Source: Trichosphaerium sp. ATCC 40318
Taxonomy: Eukaryota > Protista > Tubulinea
Assembly: GCA_038496445.1 (NCBI GenBank)
Contig: JALMLS010000320.1
Span: 62,001-126,000, forward strand
DNA length: 64,000 nt
Reading direction: 5' to 3'
Positions 52,347 through 64,000 of this stretch are shown here, in pieces. Position 1 is the stretch's first letter. Each line of letters opens with the position of its first letter. The translations under genes were made by a program, and so were the position numbers. The notes under the pieces are model-generated. The model was given only the letters and a program-made list of their open reading frames with translations. It ran no database searches and had not been told where the DNA came from.

Positions 52347-53282
52347 CTACAACCTCGAGTATTGTATGCGATTTAAACCTGTATCACGTGATATACAGTA
52401 AGATATCTCCACAATAAGTACTTGAGCACTAGGTGGATTTTCTATGTGCGCAAGAGGCTTTGTTCCATCCTTGTGTATGAATGAGTCCCATCGCTTTTCG
52501 TGTAGAACTATGTTCCTCTCAGTTCTTCGATGAGTAACAGGATGTGTTGTAATACCATAGATGTATCTATAACCGCCCCTTATGGAAGCTTTATATACCA
52601 TCACTAGCTAGTGACAGATGAGTACATACCAAAAAAAACCATTGCGTACCATATTAGCTAAGTGCCGTTGTCTAGTGTAACCTTCTTTCACTCCACTCAT
52701 TGCCCCATATATGATATTACCGTGCTCCATTGATATTGCGTGACGTTTTAAAGCATGAAGAGCCTCATCTTCGCATTGCGCTATGAACGACTTCCATATT
52801 TGCATCTTGGGTGAAAGATCACCAGTGTAGATCGTGTCCTTGACTGTGTAGTCAAAGAACAGAACGAATCCAGCAACTTTAGTGCCATCGAGAGCAACAA
52901 ACTAGTTTGTTAGATTGGGTTATGATGTAGCGGTTGACATAATGTTAAAACGTCAAAAATCAAAGCAATAGTTTCTGGTGTGAAAGTCACGTGATATCGC
53001 TAGCTTTTGTTGTTGAAGGGTGAAAAAGCGTACTGATGGGTATTGGGAAGCTGTATCAACCATACGAGCGAGATAAGGTCTTATTTCATCGCCAGTTAGA
53101 TCTAATGCTCGTACAATTGTATTTGAGCGAAGAAACACGTTAACAGCAATATCAACCGTCTCTTCGAAGTAATCACGTGTTAGGGGTTGTATTGATACCT
53201 CTTTTGCCTTCATAGGAGTTGGAAAACCTGATGTCGTTTACTACTTACTAATTATTTAGTGTAGAGTACCTGAAGAGTGCAT
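52347..53282 (-). CDS. GNAT-family acetyltransferase-like protein with PTS1 (SRL); paralog B
   Basis: Same exon structure and motifs as 3694-4629 (RSNTIVRALDLT, YTRQRHL, IYGITTHP, WDSFIHKDGTKPL); ends YSRL*. Confidence 0.65.
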
Positions 53283-53847
53283 GTAATAAGCGATAACTAA
53301 ACCAACTATAGAATCTATTCAAAATGACTGTTTTATAACAGCTGTTTATAGTTTTTCTCAGGCTCTCACGTAGCACACGTTTCCCCGAAATCAGTATCTA
53401 AACTGCAAAAAGTGTTTGCTAACTTACTGTATTCCACGTCTAGTCAAAGCAACTCTGGATTGTTATCTACAATTACAGTAACAGTAAAAAGTTTCTTTAT
53501 TCGAAGCGACATACTAACAGTATATGCTATTATTCGCTGGCATAACTCGTACAAGAAAGTTTTCGGAATGGCATTCAAGTTGGCGGTTTTAGCATCTTTT
53601 CATATTTCTGTGCTTGGTCACTTTGCACGTGAAATGAGTTGGTCGTGCATGACGTACTTAATGTTTTTAGAGTAGTGTTCTCAATGTACATTTCATGTCC
53701 ACAATACATAGATTGTTAGTGTCTTATCACGTGACGTTTACCATAAAAAGTTACAATGGTATCACCAGTTTTTTGAACAAAAAACTGCCTTGCGGATGCT
53801 ATTTATTAAGCAGGGTTTTTGAACACTTTTTTAGAAAACAACTGAAA

Positions 53848-55367
53848 ATGGCGCAAATTGCTTTGCCTGCCGATGTTGTATTGGAAATATGTAGGCAATT
53901 ACCCCCAGAGTCTTTACCATCTATTTGTGTATGTAAGGAATGGGTTAAAGCCATTAGAAGCCAAACGTTGTGGAAAATGTACTTTACAAACGAATTTCAG
54001 CCTGCTAAAGAGCCAAAAGATGATTGGCGAGCGGCTTATCGCAGTGGTAGCCTCTAAAACGTGAAACAACACTAAACCGTTTAGAATCTAATAAAATATG
54101 GCCTAAATGCGCTGATGGGTACCTTAGATATGTTAATAATGCGTCTAGACTTGAAATAAATGGTTTGGTGTACAAATATTTTGAGGTTCGTTTCAAAAAA
54201 ACAGCGTTATACTTGTTGACACATGTCAAGTGGATAAATGACGTACCATCAGTCTCAATACGACGCTCATTAAGACGGTGCGAGTTTCACTAAAGTTCAA
54301 TCTTTAAACAGCGTTAAAATGCTTCTTTAGGTTCATACGACGTACAGAGATCATAAATACAGAAACCTTAGCGGCTGAAGTGGAGAGTTTCAACCAAGGA
54401 ACGACATTAACAAGAAAAATTAAAATCAATTACAAGACAACATTACCAAACTGTGAAGCTGTGCTGTTTGAGCTGAGTGCAGAAAGACGAATACTTGTAC
54501 GGATTTTAATTATTTATGTCACAATATGCTGGGCTTTTGAGGCATTTCAAGAATGCCAGAAATGCTGTGTAGAAATTCCCGTAAATGCCTAAAAAAGTGT
54601 ACATAATTTTGTTGGCTAAGTCAGTACTTTTTCTCGCCTCAGGAATGCCATATCGTTCTAAACTTTGTATACGGGTATTATAGCATTATTACTACAATAT
54701 CCAAAACGCAGTAGATAGTAGGTATGCGTATGGGTGAGAAAATATGGATTTAAAGCATTTCTTTGGCTCATCATTGCTCAATCATTCTTGGCGTTTTTGG
54801 AAATGTCTCAAAAGCCATACAAGCCCATTATCATAATTTTTTGACATTTGAGTTAGTATGGAAGCGGCCATAACCCAGATAAGCCTGTTAGTAGATCAGT
54901 TGAGTCTATAACTATTGATGGAAGGAAAGTTTATAGTGCACGTTGGCAAGGATTTAAGAATTCTCAGTCCGGAGATGTTAAGCCGTATTGCAAGTTAGTA
55001 GATGGCTATAACCTCAGTATGTTATCTGAGTGTATGCCAGCATTAGGATTTAGAGAGGAGGATATCTGTAAGCCGGAACGAAGATAGAGACTATCATGTT
55101 TCTTACTTTTTTCTTTTTTTCTAGGTTTGTTTATTACTGTTCTTCGCATGTTTGAAGCTCTCCCAATCCATAACAATGATCCTAATATGTACGTAGTACT
55201 TATTTAATAGACGTTTATTATATAAGGATTAACAAAGTTGTAACAACAGGGTTGGGCGTAAGGTCCTTGTGAATCTAATCAAACTGTTCAAAGACCCAAC
55301 CTTTAGTGCTTATAAACCACATTGCCTCTTCAGCGCTGTCAAAAGATTCTCCAATCGAATAAATTAA
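53848..55367 (+). CDS. F-box protein
   Basis: LPADVVLEICRQLPPESLPSICVCKEWVKAIRSQTLWK at the N-terminus; the multi-exon C-terminal region was not recognised. Confidence 0.75.
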
Positions 55368-55634
55368 ATTCAATTATTTTGCGTCCTGGTAGGTGACACT
55401 TGAAACTTGTGTAGTGGTTTCTTGATTTGCGACAAAGGTGATACAAGAACTTACTTAAACTTTTAAACATGGTTTTAAGTTCATGTCGAATTTTTTTTTA
55501 ACGGGTAGTGCAACAAAGACATTAGAGGTACAAAGGAAGATCAAATTGGACAATGTTGTTTAGTAATTTCATTTTGTTAAGCATATCTATATGTATTGGT
55601 ATTTAGAACTCAAGGATGCCCGTAAAAAAGAGTA

Positions 55635-56864
55635 CTAGTTTATTCCAGAGTCATAGTTTTCATCAATCCTCAAAGCTGGTAGGGCCTTTTTAAGCGCATT
55701 TACTTGGCCACGGGATACTTTTTTGAATTGCCAACTACTTCTTTCACGTGTGTATCCATGAATCACAAGTGTGGTTAATCGAGATAGAGAAGACAATTTA
55801 GCAAATCCATAATCAGAAATTTTATAACAATATGATAAATCCAAGTATTCTAATTCTACTAGTGAGCTTAACTGTTCTAGTAATTCATCAGTAGTTTGTG
55901 TAAATCTAAGTGCAAGCTTCTTTAGACTAGTGAGTGAAGGAATAAGTCTCAAATCTTGTCCGGAATTAGTATCCTTTGATGCAAACTGTAATTTTTCAAG
56001 TGAGGTGAAGAATTCTAGGTCAAATGTAGTACTACCACCAAATATCTTAAGAGACTTTAGATTCTTCCAGCTTTGTCCAAGTATACTACATGCCTTTGAA
56101 GCACGCTTATGTAAAACTAGTGCTATTGGTATTTGTACATGGAATGAAGTTATTGATGTCAGTGACTTCAGCTGACTTATTGCTGAATGTGATAAATAGC
56201 ATGCCATGATTTTGAGCTTTGTAAGGTTTTTTAATGAAGCAATAGGTAAAAAACTGGTAATAGTGTAGGTGTAGGTGTAATATCTATGCTTTATGCTGTA
56301 GTCTTCTCCACCATTTAAGTCAAGCCTCTGGAGTGTTGATAGCTGACATATTTCTCTTAAACCCTCATTGGTAACACCCATACACAAGGAGAGGTGTTTA
56401 AGGTTAGTAAACACTGTTAATTTGTATAAAGATTCGGTTGTTAGCCAAGTGAATTTAGCGGCCATTTTCGCTGCTTCTTCCATTGTTATAGGTTTGTTTG
56501 TTCTTGACTCGTGTGAACTAAACTCTTTGTAGTATCCAGGTGCATTTTTTAATTGCAGGGTTGTTACCTTTGTCACAAAATCGAATTTTTCAGTGAAATA
56601 GTTTAGATTATCGATGTTATGTGCTGCGACAGTTGATTTAATACCAGTTGACCATAAAAATGTGTTCCACAAAGAAGACGTTGATGCAAGTCTGTCCTTT
56701 GCACTTTGGTCTAGATAAGCGCTAATACAGTACCACGGGTCAATACCTAGTGAGTACCAATCTGTTTTGGCGTCTGAAATGATATCCGAGCTTCATAATT
56801 AGTATTAGCAATAAAATAGTGACGGAAACATCACAGAGCGTAAATATAAGTACCTTGTAGACAT
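55635..56864 (-). CDS. LRR protein with degenerate F-box-like N-terminus
   Basis: Short first exon MSTS, one intron, then DPWYCISAYLDQSAKDRLASTSSLWN and LRRs (LEYLDLSYCYKISDYGF). Confidence 0.8.
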
Positions 56865-57033
56865 ACAGTCTTTACCTGACTGTAGCATAACTATTTGATG
56901 CTATGGTATCATGGTTTTGGTTCTCGTACTCTATGCAAAACGCACGTGGGAACTACACTGCGGTTAAGGCATTGTTAGCAAACTTACATAAGGCATACTG
57001 GTTTCCTTTTTTGAATTACTCAATACATCGTGT

Positions 57034-60016
57034 ATGAGCTTTGGTAACTATGTGCCACCAAAGTGCACGTTTCTAGGTGCTCCACCTCCTGAAAACGCGA
57101 CGTTTGGGTTTCTTGGAAGCTTTGTACCGCCAAATAATACACAGACCCTCAACACCAACCAGTACGCTTTTAATTTGGTATTAACAAGCGCTTTTAATGA
57201 TAAACTAAACAACAGAATACCAACGCCTCTAAATGTACCCCAACACATTCAACGTGCGCCTGCGGCGCCCAAAACGAGTCAAACATCGCTTGTAAACTCT
57301 TTTCATAAACCACAGGTCGGGTTTGGGCTGTACGTTAACGCCATTACGCTGACTACGCTTCCTGACTATACAATAGCTCTGCCCACCCATCACAATATTC
57401 GCAACAACCTCCTTCACAACTACAACTTAATGCACAGCAACAAAAGCCTTCAGTGCAACCCGTTAGCACTGTACATACGCATACGCCTCAGTTTGAGCCA
57501 CAAAATCCGCCACAGTTCGGATTCAACCTATCTTCTTTGCCTCCAGCATCACAACAGATGGGATTTAATCCATTTTCTTTTTGTCCGACTCTTGAAGATC
57601 AGGAACCAACAGAGTCGATAAACATGGAGCTAATAAATGTAAATAATATAAGGGTTACAGGATGCGAGTCTAAGAAGAGCTTGAAAGCACTACAAGGGTT
57701 AAATGCTGTAAAAGGTACCGTGCTATTTAAGTTGCATCAAAAGGACTTAATTTATGAACAAGCTAAGGATGGTTGGGATGTTGATGTTAGTTTATATGAT
57801 ACCCTTAAATCTAGTCTTGAGGATCTACCTAATGTTGTTGTCAGTTGCCTTCCAAGAGATATAGTAAACCTATTTCTAAGGAATGAGGTTTCCTCACTCA
57901 CGGATACAATCAGTTACGTCCATAAAGTTGCTTGTTTACTCTTTTTTGTTTCTCACAATCTGAATGATTAGATGAAGATGATGTTTCAAAGAAAGTACCA
58001 GAGGTTCTTTGGAAAGCATTGTATAACTATCAAAAAGAGGGTGTATAGTAAGACAACCACTTGTAACTAAGGTTTTGTTAATTTAATGCTGAACTTAGTT
58101 TTGGTGTTCGTCATAGAGGCAGACTTCTATTGGCAGATGAAATGGTTCCTCACCTTTTTTTCGAGTTGTTTTCTTTAATACTTATAATTTATAGGGTTTA
58201 GGAAAGACGCTACAGGCTATAGCTATAGCAACATATTATATTGAAGAATGGCCTCTTTTAGTTGTAGCTCCCTCTCAAATGATTGGGACTTGGCTTGAGG
58301 TGAGCAAAGTCCTTTGATAGTCTCTTGTTTTGACTTAACAACTAGGAATTTGCTACTTGGGTTCCAAATGTTACAGCCAAGAAATTATCTAAAAATAGCC
58401 CTACATGTGATGTAAATGTCTTGTCCTTTGATATGGCAGTCAAGTTACAAGATAAGATATCTGGTATTGGATTCAATGCTATAATCATCGACGAGTGTCA
58501 TATGTTGAAGAATCATAGCACAAAGCGAGCCAAAGGCATTCTTCCTTTTGTACAAGTACACATGTCAAATTCTTTCAGTACAATAGCTTATTTTTTATGA
58601 CTTAGAGTAGCAAGGTTTCGATTTTACTATCTGGAACGGCTACACCTTCTAGACCAATTGAGGTATTCTCACAGATATCAGTAAGTCTTTTTTTTCTTTC
58701 CTTTTTTTTTTTTCTCTTTCCGTGCTACTTAGACACTATCTATTTTTTTGATTCTAATTTTGTCATTAAGGCGTTACAACCTCATATATTCCCAACAGTA
58801 TCACGGTTTGGTGCTAGGTATTGTGGGGGTGTAGAGGTACGTTTCTTATTTCTTTCTTAGAATATATGTATTTCTAATGTTTTAAATGTAGGCTGGATGG
58901 GGTGGTGCTTATAAAGGTGCATCGAACTTGAATGAGCTTCATCTTTTATTGTCAAGTACTGTGATGCTTAGACGATGTAAAAGCGATATTGTAAATGAAC
59001 TACCGCCTAAAATTCGATTTAAAATCGACATGCAATTATACAATGTACAAAACAACCCAAAAACAACTTTTCTTTTATTTATTTCTATTGGCTCTCACTC
59101 TTTCCATGTACTGTTTACTTATGTTTATGTACTTAGGATGCACCTGATGTGCAAGGTCTTAGTAAAGATGAAGCAGAAGCTTTTCAATATGCAACGCTGT
59201 TCGAAGGACCGTCAAAAGAAAAGCTTATGCAGTTGTATAATGATAGCGCTCGCATCAAGAGACCTCTTGTTTTGGACTACATAAGAAATCTTTTATCTAA
59301 GAGAAATGACAAGATTCTTGTATTTGCATACCACAAAACGATGATAGAATCACTTTGCGAGTTATGCGAAGTACGTTCTTCTTTTTTTTTCCTTTTTTTG
59401 ATGACATGCTTAACTTTACTAGTCTTGTGTGAAATACATACGTATTGATGGTAGTACACCTTCAAGTGCACGTCATAGTCTTGTGAAACAATTTCAGAAT
59501 GATCCTGGTACACGTGTTGCTGTACTTTCATTGGTAGCAGCTAGTACTGGTATTACATTAACACGGGCAAGTATCGTTGTTATGGCAGAACTTTACTGGT
59601 AAGTCTACCCTCTTTGTTGATCCTTCTGTTTACCTAAATTGATATTTTATATCTTTTGATTGTGATTGTTTTACTTTTGCATTACCAAGTCACGTGGCTT
59701 CAATCGACTCCACTTTTATTTTTTTTCTTTTCTTTTTCTAATTTTTTTGTTTAGGAATCCTGGTACTTTATGTCAAGCTGAAGATCGTGCACATAGGATA
59801 GGACAAGAGAATAATGTAGAAGTTCATTATCTTACAACAAAAGGGACTATTGATGATCATATATGGCCCATGATTACTGAAAAATTAAGTGTTACTGGAA
59901 AAATTCTTGATGGACAAGAAGCCGTTTTAACTATTGATACAGATAGTACAGCACATAAAAGAAAACAAACATATATCGACTCGTTAAAAAGTAGTAAGAG
60001 AATTAAACTAAAATAA
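57034..60016 (+). CDS. SMARCAL1: SMARCAL1/HARP-like SNF2 annealing helicase
   Basis: [58 protein letters not shown]; HARP-like segment upstream of the ATPase. Confidence 0.85.
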
Positions 60017-60869
60017 ACCACAACCTCACAAAGGCTATTTCATAAAGAAACAAAACGTAAGAAAGTAACCAGAGCTGATTTCGAAATATTGCTACTTTTT
60101 AAACATTTCTTCAATCATTAGCAAGGACGTGCCTTTCTCCTCTTACCTACACATAGTTTTACATAAGGATATTTTACTGGTATAGCACGCATAGGCTCGT
60201 GACCAACACAACAAGTGCCATAAAAAGACATGATAGTGGTTTCAGGAATCAGCCTCAACTCTACTACATATTCTGTTCAACAGGCTCTGTGATATGATCG
60301 CTGGCTAGACTAAACGAAACAACAACCCCCAGAAAAACACAGCTAAATAATAGACGTAGTATTGTCACGTGATTACTCTGCATAAGTAATATGTTGCTAT
60401 ATAGTATTATCTAGGACCTTACGGAGCTCGTGAGTCTTTGATCATTAACTGAATATCTGATACTTCCAGCGTTTAATAAGCTAATAAGACTAAGAAGTTA
60501 TTATCACGCAAGCTGTGAGAACGCCAAGGTGTTTGCTAGAGATTTGTGTAATAAAACGTTTTCTCACGTGACAAAGTACATTCCGGCTCACAAAACTATT
60601 TTATAAGAAAGTTGCCAGCTGTGTTGGCTGTTTGGTATGATGCTCCTGGATAGGAATCAGTCGCAAGAACACAACCCTAAGCAATTACAAGATAACGATG
60701 GAACAAACGATGGATATAGCTTCACTACAGATAGCGATAGCAGCTCAAATATACGATATTAAACGTTCATAGTTGTTGATGTCATAATTTGGTAGTTTGG
60801 TAGTTTTTATTAGTTCCGTCATGGAGTAAAAGGAAGTTCATCATATAAATAACGACACCAACACACAAC

Positions 60870-61394
60870 ATGTCTTATATTGACGTTTTCTTCGCAAACA
60901 AAGCAACCCAAGGACCTGGATATCACAGCATAGCCTTCAAGATTAAAAGAACAACGACCATCCCAATAGGAAAGGCTCTCGACGAACTAATTACAAAGAC
61001 AACTTCTCCTGGTTTCCACTTTCCTCAACCAAGCAACAGAGTCGTTGTGACATGTAACAGATATCTAAGAGAAAATGACCTCCCAAGTGATATCCCTAAA
61101 TTTTGCAGCTACATCATTGTATTCCCTAGAGGATATAATAAGGAATTGGTCACAAATGCTTTACTTCATCTCACAAAGAGTTCATCATCTGGAAGAAGAG
61201 TCGATAGAAAAAAGTGGTTGACAAGAATGAAATCATCACAACTATTGAGAACAAGAATAACAAAAAGAATCACAAATAATACCCAACCTCGCGCATCTCT
61301 CACCAAGAAAACGCGTATCGCTAAACTGAAAAAGGGTGCTCTTGCCACACAAAAAAAAGCAAAGAGTTTCCTTATGTCAAGAGTGGGTGTTTAA
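60870..61394 (+). CDS. Intronless basic protein with possible ubiquitin/SUMO-like N-terminal domain
   Basis: 174-aa ORF in CAACATG start context; IAFKIKRTT...RYLRENDLPSDI...IIVF; K/R-rich tail. Confidence 0.6.
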   Translation: MSYIDVFFANKATQGPGYHSIAFKIKRTTTIPIGKALDELITKTTSPGFHFPQPSNRVVVTCNRYLRENDLPSDIPKFCSYIIVFPRGYNKELVTNALLHLTKSSSSGRRVDRKKWLTRMKSSQLLRTRITKRITNNTQPRASLTKKTRIAKLKKGALATQKKAKSFLMSRVGV

Positions 61395-61800
61395 AGAATT
61401 GACATATATTGTATATAAGAAAAAAAAAGTTCCAAACTGTTTGTAAATAAAAATAACCTTGTACAACACAAGTCTTTGTTTGTTTGTTTCCAGTACTGTT
61501 AAATACTTTCGCTCCTTTGATAATTATTTTTATAAGCGAAATAAAACATGAGGTCATTCTGTGGTGGAAAAAAAGAAGGAATAGAACTTTATGAATTAGG
61601 CGAATCAATCACGAAAGCACGTGATTTTTTAATGATTGAAATACACTTCTGACGTACGAAAGCCCATCACCCGAAACTAGTTTGGCTGCTACACAAGCTT
61701 TCATCGCGTTTCACATAAGGCAATCCGGTTTGGCGAAGAGAAGCGTTAGGCTAAAAGCAACAAAAAAACAGATACAATAACCAAACACAACGAGAATAAC

Positions 61801-62566
61801 ATGTCAGCTATAGAAGTCAAAGTAGTTGTAGTCGGAGACGGAGCAGTAGGCAAAACGTAAGATCCAAAGCGCAATGAACTCTTTTTTTCTTACCTCTTTT
61901 CGTAGGGCTTTGCTACTTACATACGCTAAAGGAAAGTTTCCTGAAGGATACACGCCAACAGTTTTGTAAGTGCTTCACTTTTACTCGTTCCTTTTGAACA
62001 CGTGTTACGAAGAGATTACTTATGTTTACTTTAGTGATAACTATGCGTGTACTTTAAACACATCAACAGGACAGGAAATCACTTTGACACTATGGGATAC
62101 AGCAGGGTACGCGAAATCTCCGAAAACTAAACAAAAAAATAATTTATGTTGTTTTCAAACTATCAATGATTTATGATCTAAGACATGTTTTAGGCAAGAA
62201 GAATACGATAGAATAAGACCACTTTCATATGCAAATGCTGGTGTTTTCCTCGTTTGTTATTCTTGTGCCAATGAGAATTCTTTATCAAATGTTAAAGCAA
62301 AGTGGATTCCAGAAATTTCACATTATGCTCCCGGTGTTCCTTTTATCTTAGTAGGAACAAAGTCAGACCTGAAGCAGACAATGCCTGACGGTGGTGTATC
62401 TACAGAGCAAGCTCAATCACTGGCTAAAGATCAGGGCGCAGTACAACACATGGAATGTTCAGCAAAAACTGACGAGAAAAGTATAAAAGATATTTTTGAT
62501 CATTCTATTCAAAGCGTTTTACACCCTTCCAAGAAAAAGAAACATAAAAAGTGCTGTATCTTGTAA
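61801..62566 (+). CDS. Rho-family (Rac-like) small GTPase, paralog B
   Basis: Same 4-exon structure and G-box motifs as 6615-7384; ends KKKKHKKCCIL. Confidence 0.95.
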
Positions 62567-62950
62567 ACAGATATTCAATAATAAAACCTGTATTGTATAT
62601 ATCCATGTGTTAAAAAGTACTCAGAGGATTAACCGTTAAACCCAAAGAAACTGTTGCTTTTCAAGAGACGTAGAAGTACAAAAATGTGAAAACGTAATTT
62701 AGTTGGCATTCAATAGCTGTAACGCACGTGCGTGACGTTCACGAAAAACAATATTTGTTTCTGGTTTCCACTTTCTTTAAACTCTTCCCGTACTCATAAC
62801 CGCACCTACACTAATAGAGCGTTTTATATACCGGCGTCAACATAACGCATTTCGTTTACGTAGAAAAAAGTAGTACAAACTGCAACAAAGTACTGAAAGT
62901 GTGGTTTATGTGTTGCTTGTACGTATTTATCACGTGACTACAGGTTAAAT

Positions 62951-63761
62951 CTAACACCTTACGAAAGAGCATTGCATGACCCAGTTTCTGCGTCCTTTAC
63001 GAGCGACACCAGTAACCCAAGTATTTTCTGGGCAAGATTGAACGATAGAATTCTTGTTCATCACTGGTACTTCTACACAAAAAAAGACATGTCAGGTACA
63101 AACAAATGAAGAAAATATAAACAAGTTATGAATATCTCGCAAATCCAACATTTTAAGGTTGTGCACGTACTGAAGAGACTGTAGAACATATCGACTCTGC
63201 ACTCTTTAGATACACCTTGGCAGGCAAATTTAAAAGTTCTACCAGAGCTGGAGACGCGTGTAGCGTTCACACCTAAATGTAAACATCAGAAATTTAACTC
63301 CGTAAAAAAATAACCAAAGAGTCGTCTGGATCTTCGTTCGTACCGACCATAACGCCATGCTCGCAGCTGAAATCGAAAGCGGTAGTATAGTGTACATCAC
63401 TCCATTCACGTGGCTCGTTATTGTAAACGTTTTGGGCTGGTTTTGAAGATACAAGGTGAAACAAGCTGTCCTTGATGAAGTTAGAGGTTTTTCTTGTCAT
63501 AAAGGCATAGCCATTGTCTCAAACGTACTTTTGCCAATAGACTCATGCTTAATCCTCTGATACCATGTTCTTTTGGCACGATACGGCTCCACTCAGTACC
63601 AGCAGGTGTAACTTCGAGTTTATTGTCAACAGTACGCCTATTATCACGTGTTATAAGTATAGGTTTCCAGATAGACTCTTTGGTGACAAAACAACGCACC
63701 CAACGTTTGTAATGGCAAAAGCTACAGCAATCAAAGCGCATAAAAGAAGAGTTACTCTCAT
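62951..63761 (-). CDS. Secreted protein with dermatopontin-like repeats
   Basis: Signal peptide MRVTLLLCALIAVAFA; WSDVHYTTAFDFSCEHGVMVGV...RTFKFAC and SCPENTWVTGV...RNWVMQC after splicing four exons. Confidence 0.6.
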
Positions 63762-64000
63762 GGTGGTGAAGGGATGGTTTCTTTTGTTTTAACAATAATC
63801 ACAGGTCCGTGATTTGGATTCACATTCTCGTTATAGTGGCAAAAGAGGCGAAGATATGAATGTGGTATAGTGCACGTCGTAGCTATAAAAAAACAAGGGC
63901 AGTGCTTACAATGAAATTGGCTTTGAACTTAAGGATCTTTTTTTTGTGTTTTCTAATAATCGTGGCAATAGTCGCGCTGGGCGTAGTAGTATGATAGCGA

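Noticed and set aside
1-64000. Fragmented ORFs suggesting pseudogenes or an alternative genetic code
   Set aside because: In the genes I reconstructed the breaks are explained by short GT-AG introns under the standard code, apart from one RasGEF exon.

Overview
Gene-dense, AT-rich (roughly 35% GC by eye) eukaryotic nuclear DNA with many short spliceosomal introns (mostly about 45-150 nt, donors often GTACG/GTAAG, frequent AAG acceptors). Gene content (RasGEF, Rac, ELMO, RGS, tyrosine-kinase-type kinase, Zn2Cys6 TF, Hv1, EGF-repeat receptor) and the 5S sequence suggest a free-living protist, probably an amoebozoan (inference). About 28 protein genes were reconstructed by hand from the ORF track plus splice signals, so exon boundaries are approximate. 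Highlights: (1) the palindrome CACGTG occurs at least 62 times against about 6 expected, in exons, introns and spacers; (2) an unannotated 75-aa secreted peptide with mirror-symmetric Cys spacing and a +10 core; (3) a full-length 5S rRNA gene inside a RasGEF intron; (4) a WWE-domain tyrosine-kinase-type protein; (5) duplicated PTS1-bearing AANAT-like GNATs and duplicated short-insert Rac GTPases. No CRISPR array, tRNA or recognisable transposon was found.
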